The notes below the pieces were generated by a model that saw only the letters and a list, made by a program, of their open reading frames with translations, did no database searches and was not told the DNA's origin. 64,000 nucleotides of DNA, from assembly GCF_001194135.2 (NCBI RefSeq), contig NC_068997.1:4248440-4312439 (forward strand), read 5' to 3'. The position numbers were made by a program, and so were the translations under genes. Of this stretch, positions 12,762 through 25,701 are shown in pieces. The stretch's first letter is position 1. Every line of letters starts with the position of its first letter. Source of the DNA: Octopus bimaculoides (taxonomy: Eukaryota).

Positions 12762-13227
12762 NNNNNNNNNNNNNNNNNNNNNNNNNNNNNNNNNNNNNNN
12801 NNNNNNNNNNNNNNNNNNNNNNNNNNNNNNNNNNNNNNNNNNNNNNNNNNNNNNNNNNNNNNNNNNNNNNNNNNNNNNNNNNNNNNNNNNNNNNNNNNNN
12901 NNNNNNNNNNNNNNNNNNNNNNNNNNNNNNNNNNNNNNNNNNNNNNNNNNNNNNNNNNNNNNNNNNNNNNNNNNNNNNNNNNNNNNNNNNNNNNNNNNNN
13001 NNNNNNNNNNNNNNNNNNNNNNNNNNNNNNNNNNNNNNNNNNNNNNNNNNNNNNNNNNNNNNNNNNNNNNNNNNNNNNNNNNNNNNNNNNNNNNNNNNNN
13101 NNNNNNNNNNNNNNNNNNNNNNNNNNNNNNNNNNNNNNNNNNNNNNNNNNNNNNNNNNNNNNNNNNNNNNNNNNNNNNNNNNNNNNNNNNNNNNNNNNNN
13201 NNNNNNNTATATATATATATAGGCAAT

Positions 13228-13490
13228 AATCTGACACTTCCGCGTCTTCCTTCGTCAGGGAACAGACAAAGAGAGAAGAAAAGGAGAAAAAGTCAAACAG
13301 AGTTTACATCCTCTCAGCTTCATGGTAGATTGCTAACCACGACACACATTTTTTTCTCTCCTTGTTTCTTTCTGTGTTCCTTTCTGTGGAAGAGCGTAGG
13401 GTCGAAACGTTAAAGACATTTTAAATTCCAGAGCGTCAAACTAATACATCTGTTTGTTTTCTACACCACCTTTCTTCGTCTATATTCGAA
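13228..13490. mobile_element. Probable Penelope-like pLTR-derived repeat
   Basis: Contains PLE-typical remnants CTGTGGA-AGAGC-GTAG-GGTC-GAAACGT (+) and CCTGACGAAGG (-). Confidence 0.35.
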
Positions 13491-13682
13491 ATATTGAATG
13501 CAAGGTAAGTCTACATTAATTCATATATTTGCTTTCTTGTAATTTGCCATGCATTTACTTCGCATTGTTCTGACCTTACTCACGATCCTTTATACAATAC
13601 GTATGTGTGTGTGTGTGCGTGCGTGTGTGCGTGTGTGTGTGCGTGCGTGTGTGTGTGTGTGTGTGTGCGTGTGTGCGTGCGT

Positions 13683-13735
<53 letters not shown>

Positions 13736-13829
13736 CGCGTGCGTGTGTGTATGTGTTCACCGGCTTGTCAAAGTAATGTATTATAAGAATGAACAGGTTT
13801 ATAGGGACTGAATTGGTTTTTAGTAAGCA

Positions 13830-15135
13830 TGAAGGTAAAGTGTATATACATTAATGTATTGCAAGGTGAATATATTATAATGCCAGTGGGAAAAAAATAT
13901 GTAGGGTATCTTGTCATTATTTGTAAAATGTCCTATTTAATGGTTATGAATTTGGATTAGTGACTTGAACTTTTAGGCTAATTGTATGTATATGGTAGTA
14001 TGTGATAATGTAAAAGTAGGTAATAAGTTCATGAATATCTGAATGTGAAGAGTTGAGTAGTTTTGCTTATGTTGAGCAAAGTTATTCCAATGTTCTATTA
14101 TTATAAGATTGCACAAGATTTAATGCAGGGGCTACAATTTGTACCAATATATCCTTGTGCGTATTGTTTATTAATGCATTAAATGTTGATAGGCTGTCCT
14201 TCATTAGGAATCGCAAAGGAAATTGTTCTTATATCTCACTGGTTACACAAACGACTATTTTTTTAGTATTTGGACTTCTAACGAATTTTTAAGCAAACTG
14301 CAAACGATTAAAGTAGTTCGGACAATGCATGCATTATAGACTTAGCTACTCTATATACTAATTTTGATCTAAGAAGAGATGTATTTAAAGTTATTGATAA
14401 AATGGTGAAAGTTTGTTTTTTTATCAAATGGTAGGTATAGGGGATATGCCTGTTTTAGCAAGAGTAGATTGAAGGATATGGTTTGTTTTATCTTTAATAA
14501 CGTATAGATTGCTTTAGGAGGGAGGATTTTGAAGCATATTAAGTATATTCCGATGGGTAGTAATTGTAGCCCTTTATTAGCATATAAATATTTACCTTCA
14601 TAGGAAATTAGTTTTCTTAATGGTGTACATCGAAGGAGAAAGATAGGTTTGACATAAAAAAACTTGATGGTTGATATATTCGTAACTACAATTATTTTGA
14701 ATATAAGCTTGAGAAAATAATATGCAGGAGACTTCGAAGCCACCAGAAATCGTAACTCAGCAGATAATGCTAGATAATCAGGTGTTCATGTGGTTTGTGA
14801 ATAAAAACGATTTTGTGAGCAATATTTATAATAAAACTGATAACATCAATTTTCACATTGCATCCTTGCCCTGGGCGCTAAATAGAGTTCCTCCAAGGAT
14901 GGAGTATAACATGATTTCCAGACAAGTTATTAGATACGACAGGAATATAAATGAGGTCGGTGTGTTTTTTTTTTAAAGAATTAAAATGGTAATGATGCGT
15001 ATGGAAAGTGAAAGTTCCATTAAGAAAATGCTAGCTAAATGTTTTAACTACTGCTTGGGTAGACGTGAAATTTTGAGAAAATATTGAATAATTTCTAGTT
15101 TATATCTGAGCAAAGATTTACGGAATGATTAGTTT
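13830..15135 (+). mobile_element. Penelope-like element reverse transcriptase, degenerate, Naiad-type (RT at C-terminus)
   Basis: YIIMPVGK....VIICK.SY; DLATLYTN (14339); GG.ILK.IKYIPMGSNCSPLLA (14547); FVSNIYNKTDNINFHI..P...P....MISRQVIRY (ORF 14722-14976); homology ends at ..LRKY with no following nuclease. Confidence 0.72.
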
Positions 15136-15449
15136 TAATTAATAATGAATGTAATGCCGTTGATTTACAGTTTGTGAGTAGGTTGGTTATTATTGTGGAA
15201 AACGTCTCTTCCACGCATAAATAACAGAGGTTTTGGCTTAAGGTTAAGTAAAAATGTAAGTTTGTTCTTGCGTTAATTTATTTGTAGCACGCGATATTAT
15301 ATTATTTTATAGCTATTTACGTAACAAATCTTTGTTTAAGATAATTTTCAATAATATATATGCTTTCAGGTGAGAATATTGTTTTATTTATATTTTCTAT
15401 GAATAACGTTTATTTAATAATACCTGCAATGGTTTGTTTCCAAGTCGTA

Positions 15450-16430
15450 AGTCATTAATACCTGATAGTTAAATGATATGGTATTTCGTTGGTTTAGAGT
15501 AGATCGTTTTAATTATGTTTTCATGTTTTGAGTATGTTACTGAGTGGTTCCGTTACGATTTGAGGGTTTTAGTCAATTATGTATAATTTTATATTAGTTA
15601 TGTGTTTAGGGGAAATGTTTGTTTAAATTCATTTTTAATAATTATGCATTATGCTTAATAAATTTTGATCTATGCTAGTTTGTTCCCACGTCGCGTTGTT
15701 TGAAGACGATTGAGCCCTGACAGTTAGAGTGAAATGCTATTCCACTAGTTTAGGTTCTGACAATTTTTAGTTTTAGTTTTCATACTTGAAATATTGGTAT
15801 TATATTGTGGAGAATGTTCCTTAATTAATCTATATGTTTGAAAATATAGACTGGTCATTCCTTAGGGCATTATTATTTTCGTCCTATGTATTGGCAACAT
15901 TCGTTTTCGACTAGGTTCAATCATTTTTGTTCAATATGCTTAGTTCGTGAAAAGAAGCAATGTACTTTTTTGAAGATATTTCTGCTTTATATGTAATATT
16001 CTTAATCTAAATGCTTCGTAACTATAGGTATGCAGAGAGTTATGTTAAAGATTTCAAATTCGTATTTGTAACGATTAGCAAGAGTAGACCTAATGGGCAT
16101 ATTACGTTCGTGTTTCGCACGAGATTCTTCTCAATTAAGTACCAGGCAGCGTTTAAGTTTTTAATTTTGTTGACGTCGCTGGATTAAATGGTGATGTTTA
16201 GGTGTCGAAACCATAATGATATCCGTTAGGCAGCTGATGATGGAAGCATAGTCTCTGAATCTTTTATATCTTGCGTTTTTCGTCGTTCAAAAGTTGCCCT
16301 TTCTTCTCGTTGGGTTGAAATTGTCAGAGTTTTTCTGTTCTTTTATAGTGGTTTCCTTGTTTAATTTATAACGTGCATTAATGATGCGTGATTGTACTTA
16401 GTAGAGATTCTTTTTTCTGCCTTGAACACT
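15450..16430 (-). mobile_element. Possible inverted GIY-YIG endonuclease region of a Penelope-like element
   Basis: Fragmented motifs on the - strand in the expected order: CCQYIG (15882-15893), NNALR, LVE*HF, LYII and LSGIND (15451-15468); heavily decayed. Confidence 0.35.
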
Positions 16431-16844
16431 ATTTGTTTCAGGTTTTTCGGTTCATGGACATGCTGACTGTGTGTGTGCGTCTGTGCGTATGTGTATGTTT
16501 GTTTGTAAAGAGATAAAAGATGGAAAACCATTATATATGGTAGTAACTTATCTATAGGTATTTGTCTACCAGTTGTCTCTTTGTTACTCGTTCGTGCTAT
16601 GTATTTCTCATAGTCAACTCTTATTCTGTCGGTCTATTTTACCCTGATTAAGAAGTTGGAATTTAAGAACCTGACCAATGTGAACACTTTTTCGGTGCCT
16701 ATCTATTCTTATATTAATTTCTTTTCATTCAAGACACACACACACACACAAACACACACATACACACACACAGAGGCAGCAGACAGTGCCCCCAGTATAG
16801 CCGCTGTCAATGACTAAGAAAATAATGTAAAAAAATTGTGTGTA

Positions 16845-16889
<45 letters not shown>

Positions 16890-16973
16890 TTTGAAAATGA
16901 AAAACGTTTAATATTTATTTCTACACAACGTTACGATTGGTATGAATTGCTGTCGCAATCAGGTATCTCATAC

Positions 16974-17028
16974 CTCGATATGTACATAATACCAGCCTGA
17001 ATCCGAACCCGGAACTCTTACTTCTAGA
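16974..17028 (-). CDS. Candidate small exon (LEVRVPGSDSGWYYVHIE)
   Basis: Acceptor catttag|, donor GAG|gtatga; 55 nt open, phase 2 to 0. Confidence 0.33.
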
Positions 17029-17737
17029 CTAAATGTTATAATGCTAATATTCACAAACTCATTAGTACATGATTTAATTACAAAAATTTCCATCAGTACC
17101 TTTTCTGATTTGCTTCTGCTCCATCTTATTTTCTCTTTTTCTTCTTCAGTCACTCTCCTTCTCTCTTTGTCCCCCTCTCTCTCTCTACATATATATGTGT
17201 GTGTATGAGAGTGTGTATGTGTGTGAATGTATGTACAATGTATGTACGCGCACACACAGCGATATACATAAAGGGAGAGAGTATATATATATATATATAT
17301 NNNNNNNNNNNNNNNNNNNNNNNNNNNNNNNNNNNNNNNNNNNNNNNNNNNNNNNNNNNNNNNNNNNNNNNNNNNNNNNNNNNNNNNNNNNNNNNNNNNN
17401 NNNNNNNNNNNNNNNNNNNNNNNNNNNNNNNNNNNNNNNNNNNNNNNNNNNNNNNNNNNNNNNNNNNNNNNNNNNNNNNNNNNNNNNNNNNNNNNNNNNN
17501 NNNNNNNNNNNNNNNNNNNNNNNNNNNNNNNNNNNNNNNNNNNNNNNNNNNNNNNNNNNNNNNNNNNNNNNNNNNNNNNNNNNNNNNNNNNNNNNNNNNN
17601 NNNNNNNNNNNNNNNNNNNNNNNNNNNNNNNNNNNNNNNNNNNNNNNNNNNNNNNNNNNNNNNNNNNNNNNNNNNNNNNNNNNNNNNNNNNNNNNNNNNN
17701 NNNNNNNNNNNNNNNNNNNNNNNNNNNNNNNNNNNNN

Positions 17738-17781
<44 letters not shown>

Positions 17782-17794
17782 GGGATAGAAGCCA

Positions 17795-18142
17795 TTATTC
17801 AGTATTCAATATTTCAGGATTTTTCGCCATCTTCTGACCAACAGACCCAGAAATGTCAAATACGGTGCCTTCAGCAAATTCTAAAGGACTACTTGCTAAT
17901 TGATTTCCTGTGTTCCCACCTAAGTTTGGTGAAGTCCTAAACATATTTAACCACCGAATGATTGAATCAATGCTGAACCACAAGAGAAAATCAAGAACAT
18001 GTTTTCCATGCAAGAATTTCAACCAATACATTGCAATGTATAATTTCGTCCAATAAAATAGTTTAGATTTCCATCCATTTTCTCTGACAATTCTAGCAAT
18101 AAAAGGAGTAATATTTACCATCAGCACTTCTTTGATGCGTAC
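17795..18142 (-). CDS. Candidate coding segment (VRIKEVLMVNITPF...NGWKSKLFYWTK...)
   Basis: About 115 open codons of non-repetitive sequence; candidate acceptors gttag|GTA or ctccttttattgctag|; boundaries unresolved. Confidence 0.3.
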   Translation of the reverse strand, partial: VRIKEVLMVNITPFIARIVRENGWKSKLFYWTKLYIAMYWLKFLHGKHVLDFLLWFSIDSIIRWLNMFRTSPNLGGNTGNQLASSPLEFAEGTVFDISGSVGQKMAKNPEILNTE

Positions 18143-18582
18143 CTAACGTCCGCCATTATTCTACAATGTATTTGAATTGCAGCGAGTAAATAACTATTTC
18201 TCCCATGTTTTTCTTTCTACGTTTCTTTTTGGTCAAACTTAAATCTACGATTTCTTGGTTTCAAAATCGAGAATAGAGGAAAGTTTACATTATTTCCGAG
18301 TGGCGGTGGTTGTGGTTTTGGTTGTGTCGGAGGAAGTGGTGGTGGTGGTGGTGGTGGTGGTGGTGGTGGTGGTGGTGGTGGCGGTGGTAGGAATCATTGT
18401 GGCCGTCGAAATCGTTATTATCATGGTCTAGCCCAAGTTCAGAAAGTGTTAAATATAACAATAATCATACCCGTTCCAATCATGGCCATCCTGCATTATC
18501 TCTTTACAGATAGAGGTATATCTGGGACTACATTCTCCAATCCATTGACGCATTCGTTTATACAAAAACAGCAGTTACTTAC

Positions 18583-18674
18583 TTGCAGGAATTTGGCCGC
18601 AATTTTTAGCGGTTGGGTCGCCCACTCAGAACCCCACAAGAGAGATTAATGCCGGTTGCGATAGTCAGAGGTAC
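18583..18674 (-). pseudogene. Exon-like segment with in-frame TAA (TSDYRNRH*SLLWGSEWATQPLKIAAKFLQ)
   Basis: Acceptor ttttag|, strong donor CAA|gtaagt; phase 1 matches the exon at 23090; TAA at 18646-18648; the other two frames are also closed. Confidence 0.35.
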
Positions 18675-19961
18675 CTAAAATTTCATAAACCACAAGAAAC
18701 GGACTGGTGGCTCAAAATCTTGAAATGCCTCACTTCCAGAGGACTGAGACAGACGTACCAGATATATTATATATCCAACAGAAAACAGAGGCAACAGAAA
18801 AACGATGACTGAAGGAGGTACGCTGGTCATTCAATTTGGATCTTTGCGAGTGCTAACAGGATGCCAGAATGGTGGACATTTTGCATTCATACATGCTGAG
18901 AGAATGGTTATATGTTGGAACGAAGTGTTGTGTGTGTGTTGTGTGTGTGTGTGTGTGTGTCTGTGTCTGTGTATGCATGTGCGTATTGTGTTTTAATATC
19001 TCGTTTAGACTTTGCTATGCTAATAACTTGGTGTAGAACTCAATATACATATGCTTCTGACTGAAGTATTAGTCGGGTATAGAGCAGTAATAAGAAATAC
19101 ATGATAATGTAATAACCGATTATCTTATGAACTTTGTTCGCTTACAGCCATTGCCAGTATAAGATAAGTTTAGTGCCAGAGTAACACCTGGTAGTCTCGT
19201 CAGAGCCTCAAACATGAAGTGGAAATTATTTTGGAAAGTAAAAACATTTTAACATACATACAAGAAGGCAATTAGGGCTGAGAAAGCAGATGTGTGCCAT
19301 GTGTGTGTGTGTGTGTGTGTGTGTGTTTCCTTTGAGTTATATTTAAGTTGTTAAAAAAGTCCAAGCCGATTGCTAACAAAGCGACAAGATTCTAGAGTCA
19401 AGAATGTTCCCGATGTTCGTCGATATCTGGTTGTGTTGGTTGAGATGCTGATTCAAGCGTGTGCATTTATTCAGTGGAGAATATTTGAAATATCTTACAA
19501 ATCTTTACCGTGCCATTAATAGATTAGCAAAAGTGCCAGTTTCTTTTGATCTTTCTTCGAAAAACCTAGTACTTCAACCTTTTTTTTAATTTGTTGGTAC
19601 ACAACCTAATGGATGTATGTATGGATGTATATATAAATGTATNNNNNNNNNNNNNNNNNNNNNNNNNNNNNNNNNNNNNNNNNNNNNNNNNNNNNNNNNN
19701 NNNNNNNNNNNNNNNNNNNNNNNNNNNNNNNNNNNNNNNNNNNNNNNNNNNNNNNNNNNNNNNNNNNNNNNNNNNNNNNNNNNNNNNNNNNNNNNNNNNN
19801 NNNNNNNNNNNNNNNNNNNNNNNNNNNNNNNNNNNNNNNNNNNNNNNNNNNNNNNNNNNNNNNNNNNNNNNNNNNNNNNNNNNNNNNNNNNNNNNNNNNN
19901 NNNNNNNNNNNNNNNNNNNNNNNNNNNNNNNNNNNNNNNNNNNNNNNNNNNNNNNNNNNNN

Positions 19962-20013
<52 letters not shown>

Positions 20014-20139
20014 GAGAATGTGAAACGTATGTAGTGTGTTTTGGGAGTCGACATGATGCAGGTGACCAAGAGTAAGGAAGAGATAAAAGGTTGTGAAAGA
20101 CTGAGAAAAAGAGGAAGGTAAGACAAAAGAGTTCAAAAG

Positions 20140-20410
20140 AAGTTTGTGGTCAGCAAGTTTGAATCTGAATATTTGTAGTTTGAAGGATATTGTATGCAGG
20201 GACGGGGTATATGTTTCTGTTTTCTTCAGGACATTCTCTAACAATGTCAGTATCTTCAATTTTTCTATTGTGGATAAATTGTATCTGTTGGTCTACAATT
20301 CTATTTCTTTGATTTTGCTGCAGCAATTCATGATTGGATTCCGTAAAATCTAATTCTTTAAGTTCCAAACAATCTTCGAAAGTGCTGTAGAGTTGTTCTC
20401 TCTATCTAAA
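20140..20410 (-). mobile_element. Penelope-like element (Neptune-like) GIY-YIG C-terminal fragment
   Basis: NSTALSKIVWNLKN...NLSTIEKLKIL...NVL.K.ETY..SLH..SFKL matches the T.LSK.IW.LK / C.LC..EK..I / LN.R.E..C.H pattern of C-terminal-EN PLEs. Confidence 0.6.
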
Positions 20411-20562
20411 TGAAGTGGTGTTTCATGTACATCGGACTTTTAATATGTTTGAAACATGATATTTTGAAGCTATGAACTGCCTGTATATGTCGGCCACCTG
20501 TTTTAGATTCTAGTTTCTGGCCTACACCTGTATGTTTGTGTACGTATTTATCTCTCTCTCTT

Positions 20563-20601
<39 letters not shown>

Positions 20602-20765
20602 TATTATTATTATTATTATATGTATTTATTTTCTCCTAATTAATAAATAACTCGGACAAAATATATTGGTTAATAGATACCAGGGTAGCAAAGATCACGA
20701 AATGACTGTGGTGTAACTCCTGTTTATCCGGTTAAAATGTCTTACGTTTAAGCTGGTTCCCATGC

Positions 20766-20852
20766 ATTTCCCTGAAGAGAAGATTCCATTTTTAACATCA
20801 CCGATTCCTCTCGAAGGTATAATTTGTAATCTTCGAAACATATGTTGGAAAT
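20766..20852 (+). ncRNA. Minimal type I hammerhead ribozyme motif
   Basis: Stem I ATTTCC/GGAAAT; core CTGAAGA (20772-20778); stem II GAAGATT/AATCTTC; GAAA (20835-20838); minimal palindromic stem III CATATG; GUU cleavage triplet. Confidence 0.7.
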
Positions 20853-20902
20853 AAAAGTATGCAGTTAACATATGCGTTATACTCCATTCACTAAATTTAT
20901 AT

Positions 20903-20934
<32 letters not shown>

Positions 20935-21595
20935 TTGCATATATATATTTATATGAATACATATGTATATATACACATATATACATAAATGCATATATAT
21001 TTATGTTTATAGGTTTGTATGTATGTATGCATGTATGCATGTACTTGAACGACACAATAAGAGGGAGCAATATTCCCTATAAAAGACCTGTCGTTTATAT
21101 TCAATGTCGTATCAGCATTTTCGGTCTATCGTTCCACAAAGGAGCAAAGCATCACATATGAAATTTCTTCATATAATTAGTAAAACAAATAATAAATTCT
21201 TTTCGGGTACCAAGTTATATTCGATTACGAATAATCGTATACATGCACACATAGACATCCATGCATACATGCATACATATACACATACATATATACGTAG
21301 ATACATACATACATACATATATAAATACATATACACACACATACATAATGTATGTATAAACCGACACACATTCGTATATTTGTGTGTGCATGCGCGCGTG
21401 TGCGTGTATGTACGTACGTATATATTTGTATGTATAGTAACATCAGATGATGATGGTGGTGTTGCTGATGATAGGCAAATAAATAGATAGACCGCATCTC
21501 TATATCTGTATATGAATATACATCGATATGTGTATTCATATACACCTACAGAGATGCAACCTATCTACCTATATGTCTACCATCAACATATATAT

Positions 21596-21633
<38 letters not shown>

Positions 21634-22155
21634 TGTATGTATGTATATATNNNNNNNNNNATATATATATATATATGTATGTATGTATATACATATATAT
21701 TGAGATGTAAATATACACACATGCATACATGATTAAAAAAGCAGATTTGATAAAAAAAATTCCCTCTAGTTCCTTCTAATTCCATTGTCTGCCGTATCCT
21801 TTTCATGAATACAAATAAAATCTATTATCAATACTTCGTTATTGCTGTTATAATTGTTGTTTTTTCTATTGTTATTATATATTGTTTATAAATAAAAAAT
21901 ATAATCTCACACCATCTAGATATGGTATACAAAGAGTGTGTATTATACATATGAGGTTTTTCATTACAAGTATTATAGTTGATTTATTTGGAAGATAACA
22001 AAACAGTTAGTGTCATAAATCTTAATATATAGAATTCAACATTCGAGTTATCACACAAAATGATGCGGATATTTTTTTTACATTCTGTCTCTTTGTTAGC
22101 GTTCTTTAGGTTCGTTCATATCTGTCTACCATACGTACACACATATATCTGTGTG

Positions 22156-22159
<4 letters not shown>

Positions 22160-22250
<91 letters not shown>
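22160..22250. repeat. (TA)n microsatellite
   Basis: Direct inspection. Confidence 0.95.
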
Positions 22251-22254
<4 letters not shown>

Positions 22255-22592
22255 GATAGAATAATTTATCCAATATGTGAGTGTGTGTGTTACGTATTTA
22301 TATGTATGTATATATATATTTGTATGTATATGTATTAATGTATATATATATATATTATATACATTTGTATGCGTGTGCGGATGTGAGTGAGTGTGTGTGT
22401 TTGTGTGTGTGTGCATTTTGCATATAATGAATACTATCGCATAATTTCAATAATTATTTTTGTCTGATGTATGCTAACATTGTAGAGGAAAATATTTCTA
22501 CACTAAAAATTATTAAATTTTAAAAACATAAGGACACATTTATTGAATATTTAGAGGGAAAGGGTTGAGAACCAAAACGTCAAACTATTAAA

Positions 22593-22593
<1 letters not shown>

Positions 22594-22684
<91 letters not shown>

Positions 22685-22798
22685 CACGACGACGACGATG
22701 ATGATGATGGTGATTAAGATAATTGTAATGATGATGATGATAGTAACGATAATGGAGAGGATTTGTAGGTACGTAGGCATATAGGCAAGATAGATAGC

Positions 22799-22870
<72 letters not shown>
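22594..22870. repeat. (GAT)n and (GA)n microsatellites
   Basis: Direct inspection. Confidence 0.95.
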
Positions 22871-22872
<2 letters not shown>

Positions 22873-23089
22873 CACAAAAGTTTGTGTGGTGTGTGTGCGC
22901 GCGCGCGAGTGTATGTACATGCCTGTTTGTGAATACAGGTTGCAGGAGGTATTCGTCGACATTTTATTGTCACTACATACATTATTCTCTTCAGACCAAA
23001 TAAAAGGTATTTATTCTGTTTCGGGTCCGCTGTGGCACATAAAATGCTAACATAAGACATGAAAAGCCTTGCAGTTAGTGTTGTCATAC

Positions 23090-23194
23090 CTGTGAACTTC
23101 AGTAATTTAATATTTGCTAACTTATGAAATTTTGCAAGATCTTCTGTACTCAAAGTTCGGATGAAATTGGAAGCATTTTGCGTGTATATTTCAA
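23090..23194 (-). CDS. Candidate internal exon (EIYTQNASNFIRTLSTEDLAKFHKLANIKLLKFT)
   Basis: Acceptor ttttgtttttgatgcag|, donor CAG|gtatga; 105 nt symmetric phase 1, open frame. Confidence 0.45.
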
Positions 23195-23269
23195 CTGCAT
23201 CAAAAACAAAAATATACTAAACGTTTCGACATTCTAAAGATACCGCTATTCAGTAAACGGTTCCGAAAG

Positions 23270-24060
23270 ATTATCAGCAATGACCCTGGAAATTCAATGA
23301 AGCCATAGCCACTGAGCCTCATATGCCGGAGTGATCTGTCGGGACTGTAGCGCGTAAGGACATTCGATATAAGTCATAGTTGCTGAAGAGAGAACTATTC
23401 ATATCTACAAAGACCCAAGAAACTGTTTACTCTGTGCCAAGCAGTTGCTTAACAAGGTTAAAACTCCTCGCGATTAATAGCAAGCTTTGGTTTTCTCTAG
23501 TAAGAAAAACATCGACCAAAACCAAACGTCTGACAGGATAATGACGTATGATAAAATGCAGAAGCTTCTAATCTCCCCTGAGTGATGTACACAAAGTTTC
23601 CAGCAACTATGATGGCTTTAGGAGTACTGAGTAAGAAAGGTACATCGGCCAACTCTCATCTTTCCACAAGGCTTTAGGATCAATGCTTTTGGATACGCTG
23701 AGATATTGGACCGTGGATGGATAAAGTACGCAGTAGAAGGCTATATGTTTTCAACATGACCCAGCACCTTCGCACAAGCCCCTATAACTCAGGAATGGAT
23801 GACCGTCGATCTTCATGATCATATAGCACCAAACTTGTGGACTCCTTACTTGCTAGATTTAAATCCCATGGACTACTACGCTTGGAAAACTAATCGACAT
23901 TCTCACAATATTATAGCTTCACTGAAGGCCCCTATTGCCCCGAAGATGTTCAAAATCAATAGCAACCATTTAATACAGCAAAGTTAGTGCTTATTAAAAT
24001 ACATTTCACTTTCAAAATCTAAAGAATTCAATTATTTTATGAGCACCTATTTTCACAGTC
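23270..24060 (+). mobile_element. Decayed Tc1/mariner-superfamily transposase fragment
   Basis: FQHDPAPSH..., APNLWTPYLLDLNPMDYYAW (degenerate WPP.SPDLNP.DY..W). Confidence 0.65.
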
Positions 24061-24160
24061 ATGACCGTTCTGGTTCAGACACTGCTTATAACGCGAGGAA
24101 ATGGAATCACAAGCACCAAGAAATACGTCGTTGAGTATTTGTGCGCATTCGTGTTTAATG
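24060..24160 (-). mobile_element. Tc1/mariner C-terminal fragment
   Basis: ECAQILNDVFLGACDSISSRYKQCLNQNG, homologous to the end of the element at 62470-63638. Confidence 0.5.
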
Positions 24161-24199
24161 GCTACTCCCGCCCCCAATTCACAGTAAATATACTGTGAC

Positions 24200-24390
24200 A
24201 CTCTATCATGCCTGTTGACTATCGGCTGCTCACGGAGACGACATGATCGATGGTTTCATTTTGTTTACAAACACGTCATCTTGGGCCACTGCCTTTCTTT
24301 AAGATATTGACCTCGTGGCTTCCTGCAGGTAGGCATTGATCCTGAGTTGCTATGATAGAGCGTTCTGTCTCAGATTTTAAGCCAGAAGAC
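24200..24390 (-). mobile_element. R4/Dong LINE fragment (CCHC region)
   Basis: SSGLKSETE..IIATQDQCLP...RVCKQNETIDHV. Confidence 0.65.
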
Positions 24391-24437
24391 GCTAGCCATT
24401 GACCAGTGATCGTTGACCATTGGTTATTATTATTATC

Positions 24438-24496
<59 letters not shown>

Positions 24497-24679
24497 AAGA
24501 AGAAGAAGAAGAAGAAGAAGAAAAAGAAGTAGTTTTATCATTATCAGAATGGTGGTGGTAAGCTGTAAGAAAGCCATTGAAGACGAAATGGAATTGGATT
24601 GAGGCTCATCGCTGGATAAAAAGTGCTTGACACAAGCCATCACTTTGTTTGGTTTCAATTTCTTTGTGCGTGCCTTTAC

Positions 24680-24970
24680 CTACATTCATATTCTTTCAAG
24701 CATGATCCATTAGTTATAGCTTCTTTCTTCACCACTTTCAGATATTCTGCAAGAGATGTCATGTAGGTTTCTAATTCTCTTCTGACAGAAAGAAAAACCA
24801 CCGGTGCGTTCGGTTGCACATGAACAAGCAATGTTAATGTAACCTTAACCGTCATCCTTTCGGACTCGTTGATATAACAAACCACCCAGAAACGACTGAT
24901 CAGCGTGATTTTTAGACAATCAGACGAGACATTTCGTGAGACTTGCTCCAAACGTTTGCATTCTGGGTCC
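24680..24970 (-). CDS. Candidate internal exon (DPECKRLEQVSRNVSSDCLKITLISRFWVVCYINE...CLKEYEC)
   Basis: Acceptor gatttcag|, donor TAG|gtaaag; 291 nt symmetric phase 2, fully open, non-repetitive. Confidence 0.42.
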
Positions 24971-25639
24971 CTGAAATCTTAGAATTAGTGGACTTAATCC
25001 ATTGCCAGGTTTAGCACAACCATCTGATTCTTAAGTACTATTAGAGGATTTCACACTATTACAGTTATTCAGCATTCTGTCTGTCTCCCCGGTTTTAGCA
25101 TAACTTTCCCTATTTTTCTCACTAGTCATGGAGTATCTGAAAAAGAAGCCGTAAAGTCAAGGGCACTGCCCTATACCTCTCCCTGGGTAGTAAAATGATT
25201 CACAGTTGGAATTCGCATCAATTATTCCAGTTATTAACCGCGTATTTCAATACGTTTTTAGCAGATATTGTGCATGAATTAATGCTCCTCTGTCTTCCAG
25301 CTCTTCACCCAGTTCTTCTTTTTGCCAATACTGTCATCAGATATTATGTTACCTTCTCAACATGGCCACTAACTTCACGAAAATTACGTTTAACATAGCT
25401 TTCTTACGTTTTTGTATTTTTTCCATTTTATTTTACTTCATCTTATTGACTTATTTTGCTATCCAGCAGAATAGAAGAAGAAATGATTGCACAAATTTTA
25501 ATAAATTATCTCGGTTGGTCGACAGGAAAAATTATTCAGGAATTATTTAACGTGGATTTTAACTAAAAAACAACAATCGGAATCTTCTTTCGTGATTCAA
25601 AATTACAGCTTCGTACACAATGATAATGCAGTCTCATAT

Positions 25640-25701
<62 letters not shown>

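Noticed and set aside
13384-13411. Hammerhead-like CTGTGGA...GAAAC motif
   Set aside because: The core deviates from CUGANGA, stem II has a mismatch and no stem I partner was found; treated as a decayed PLE remnant
16200-16250. GAAAC...CTGATGA as a permuted (type II) hammerhead
   Set aside because: The required stem II pairing is absent
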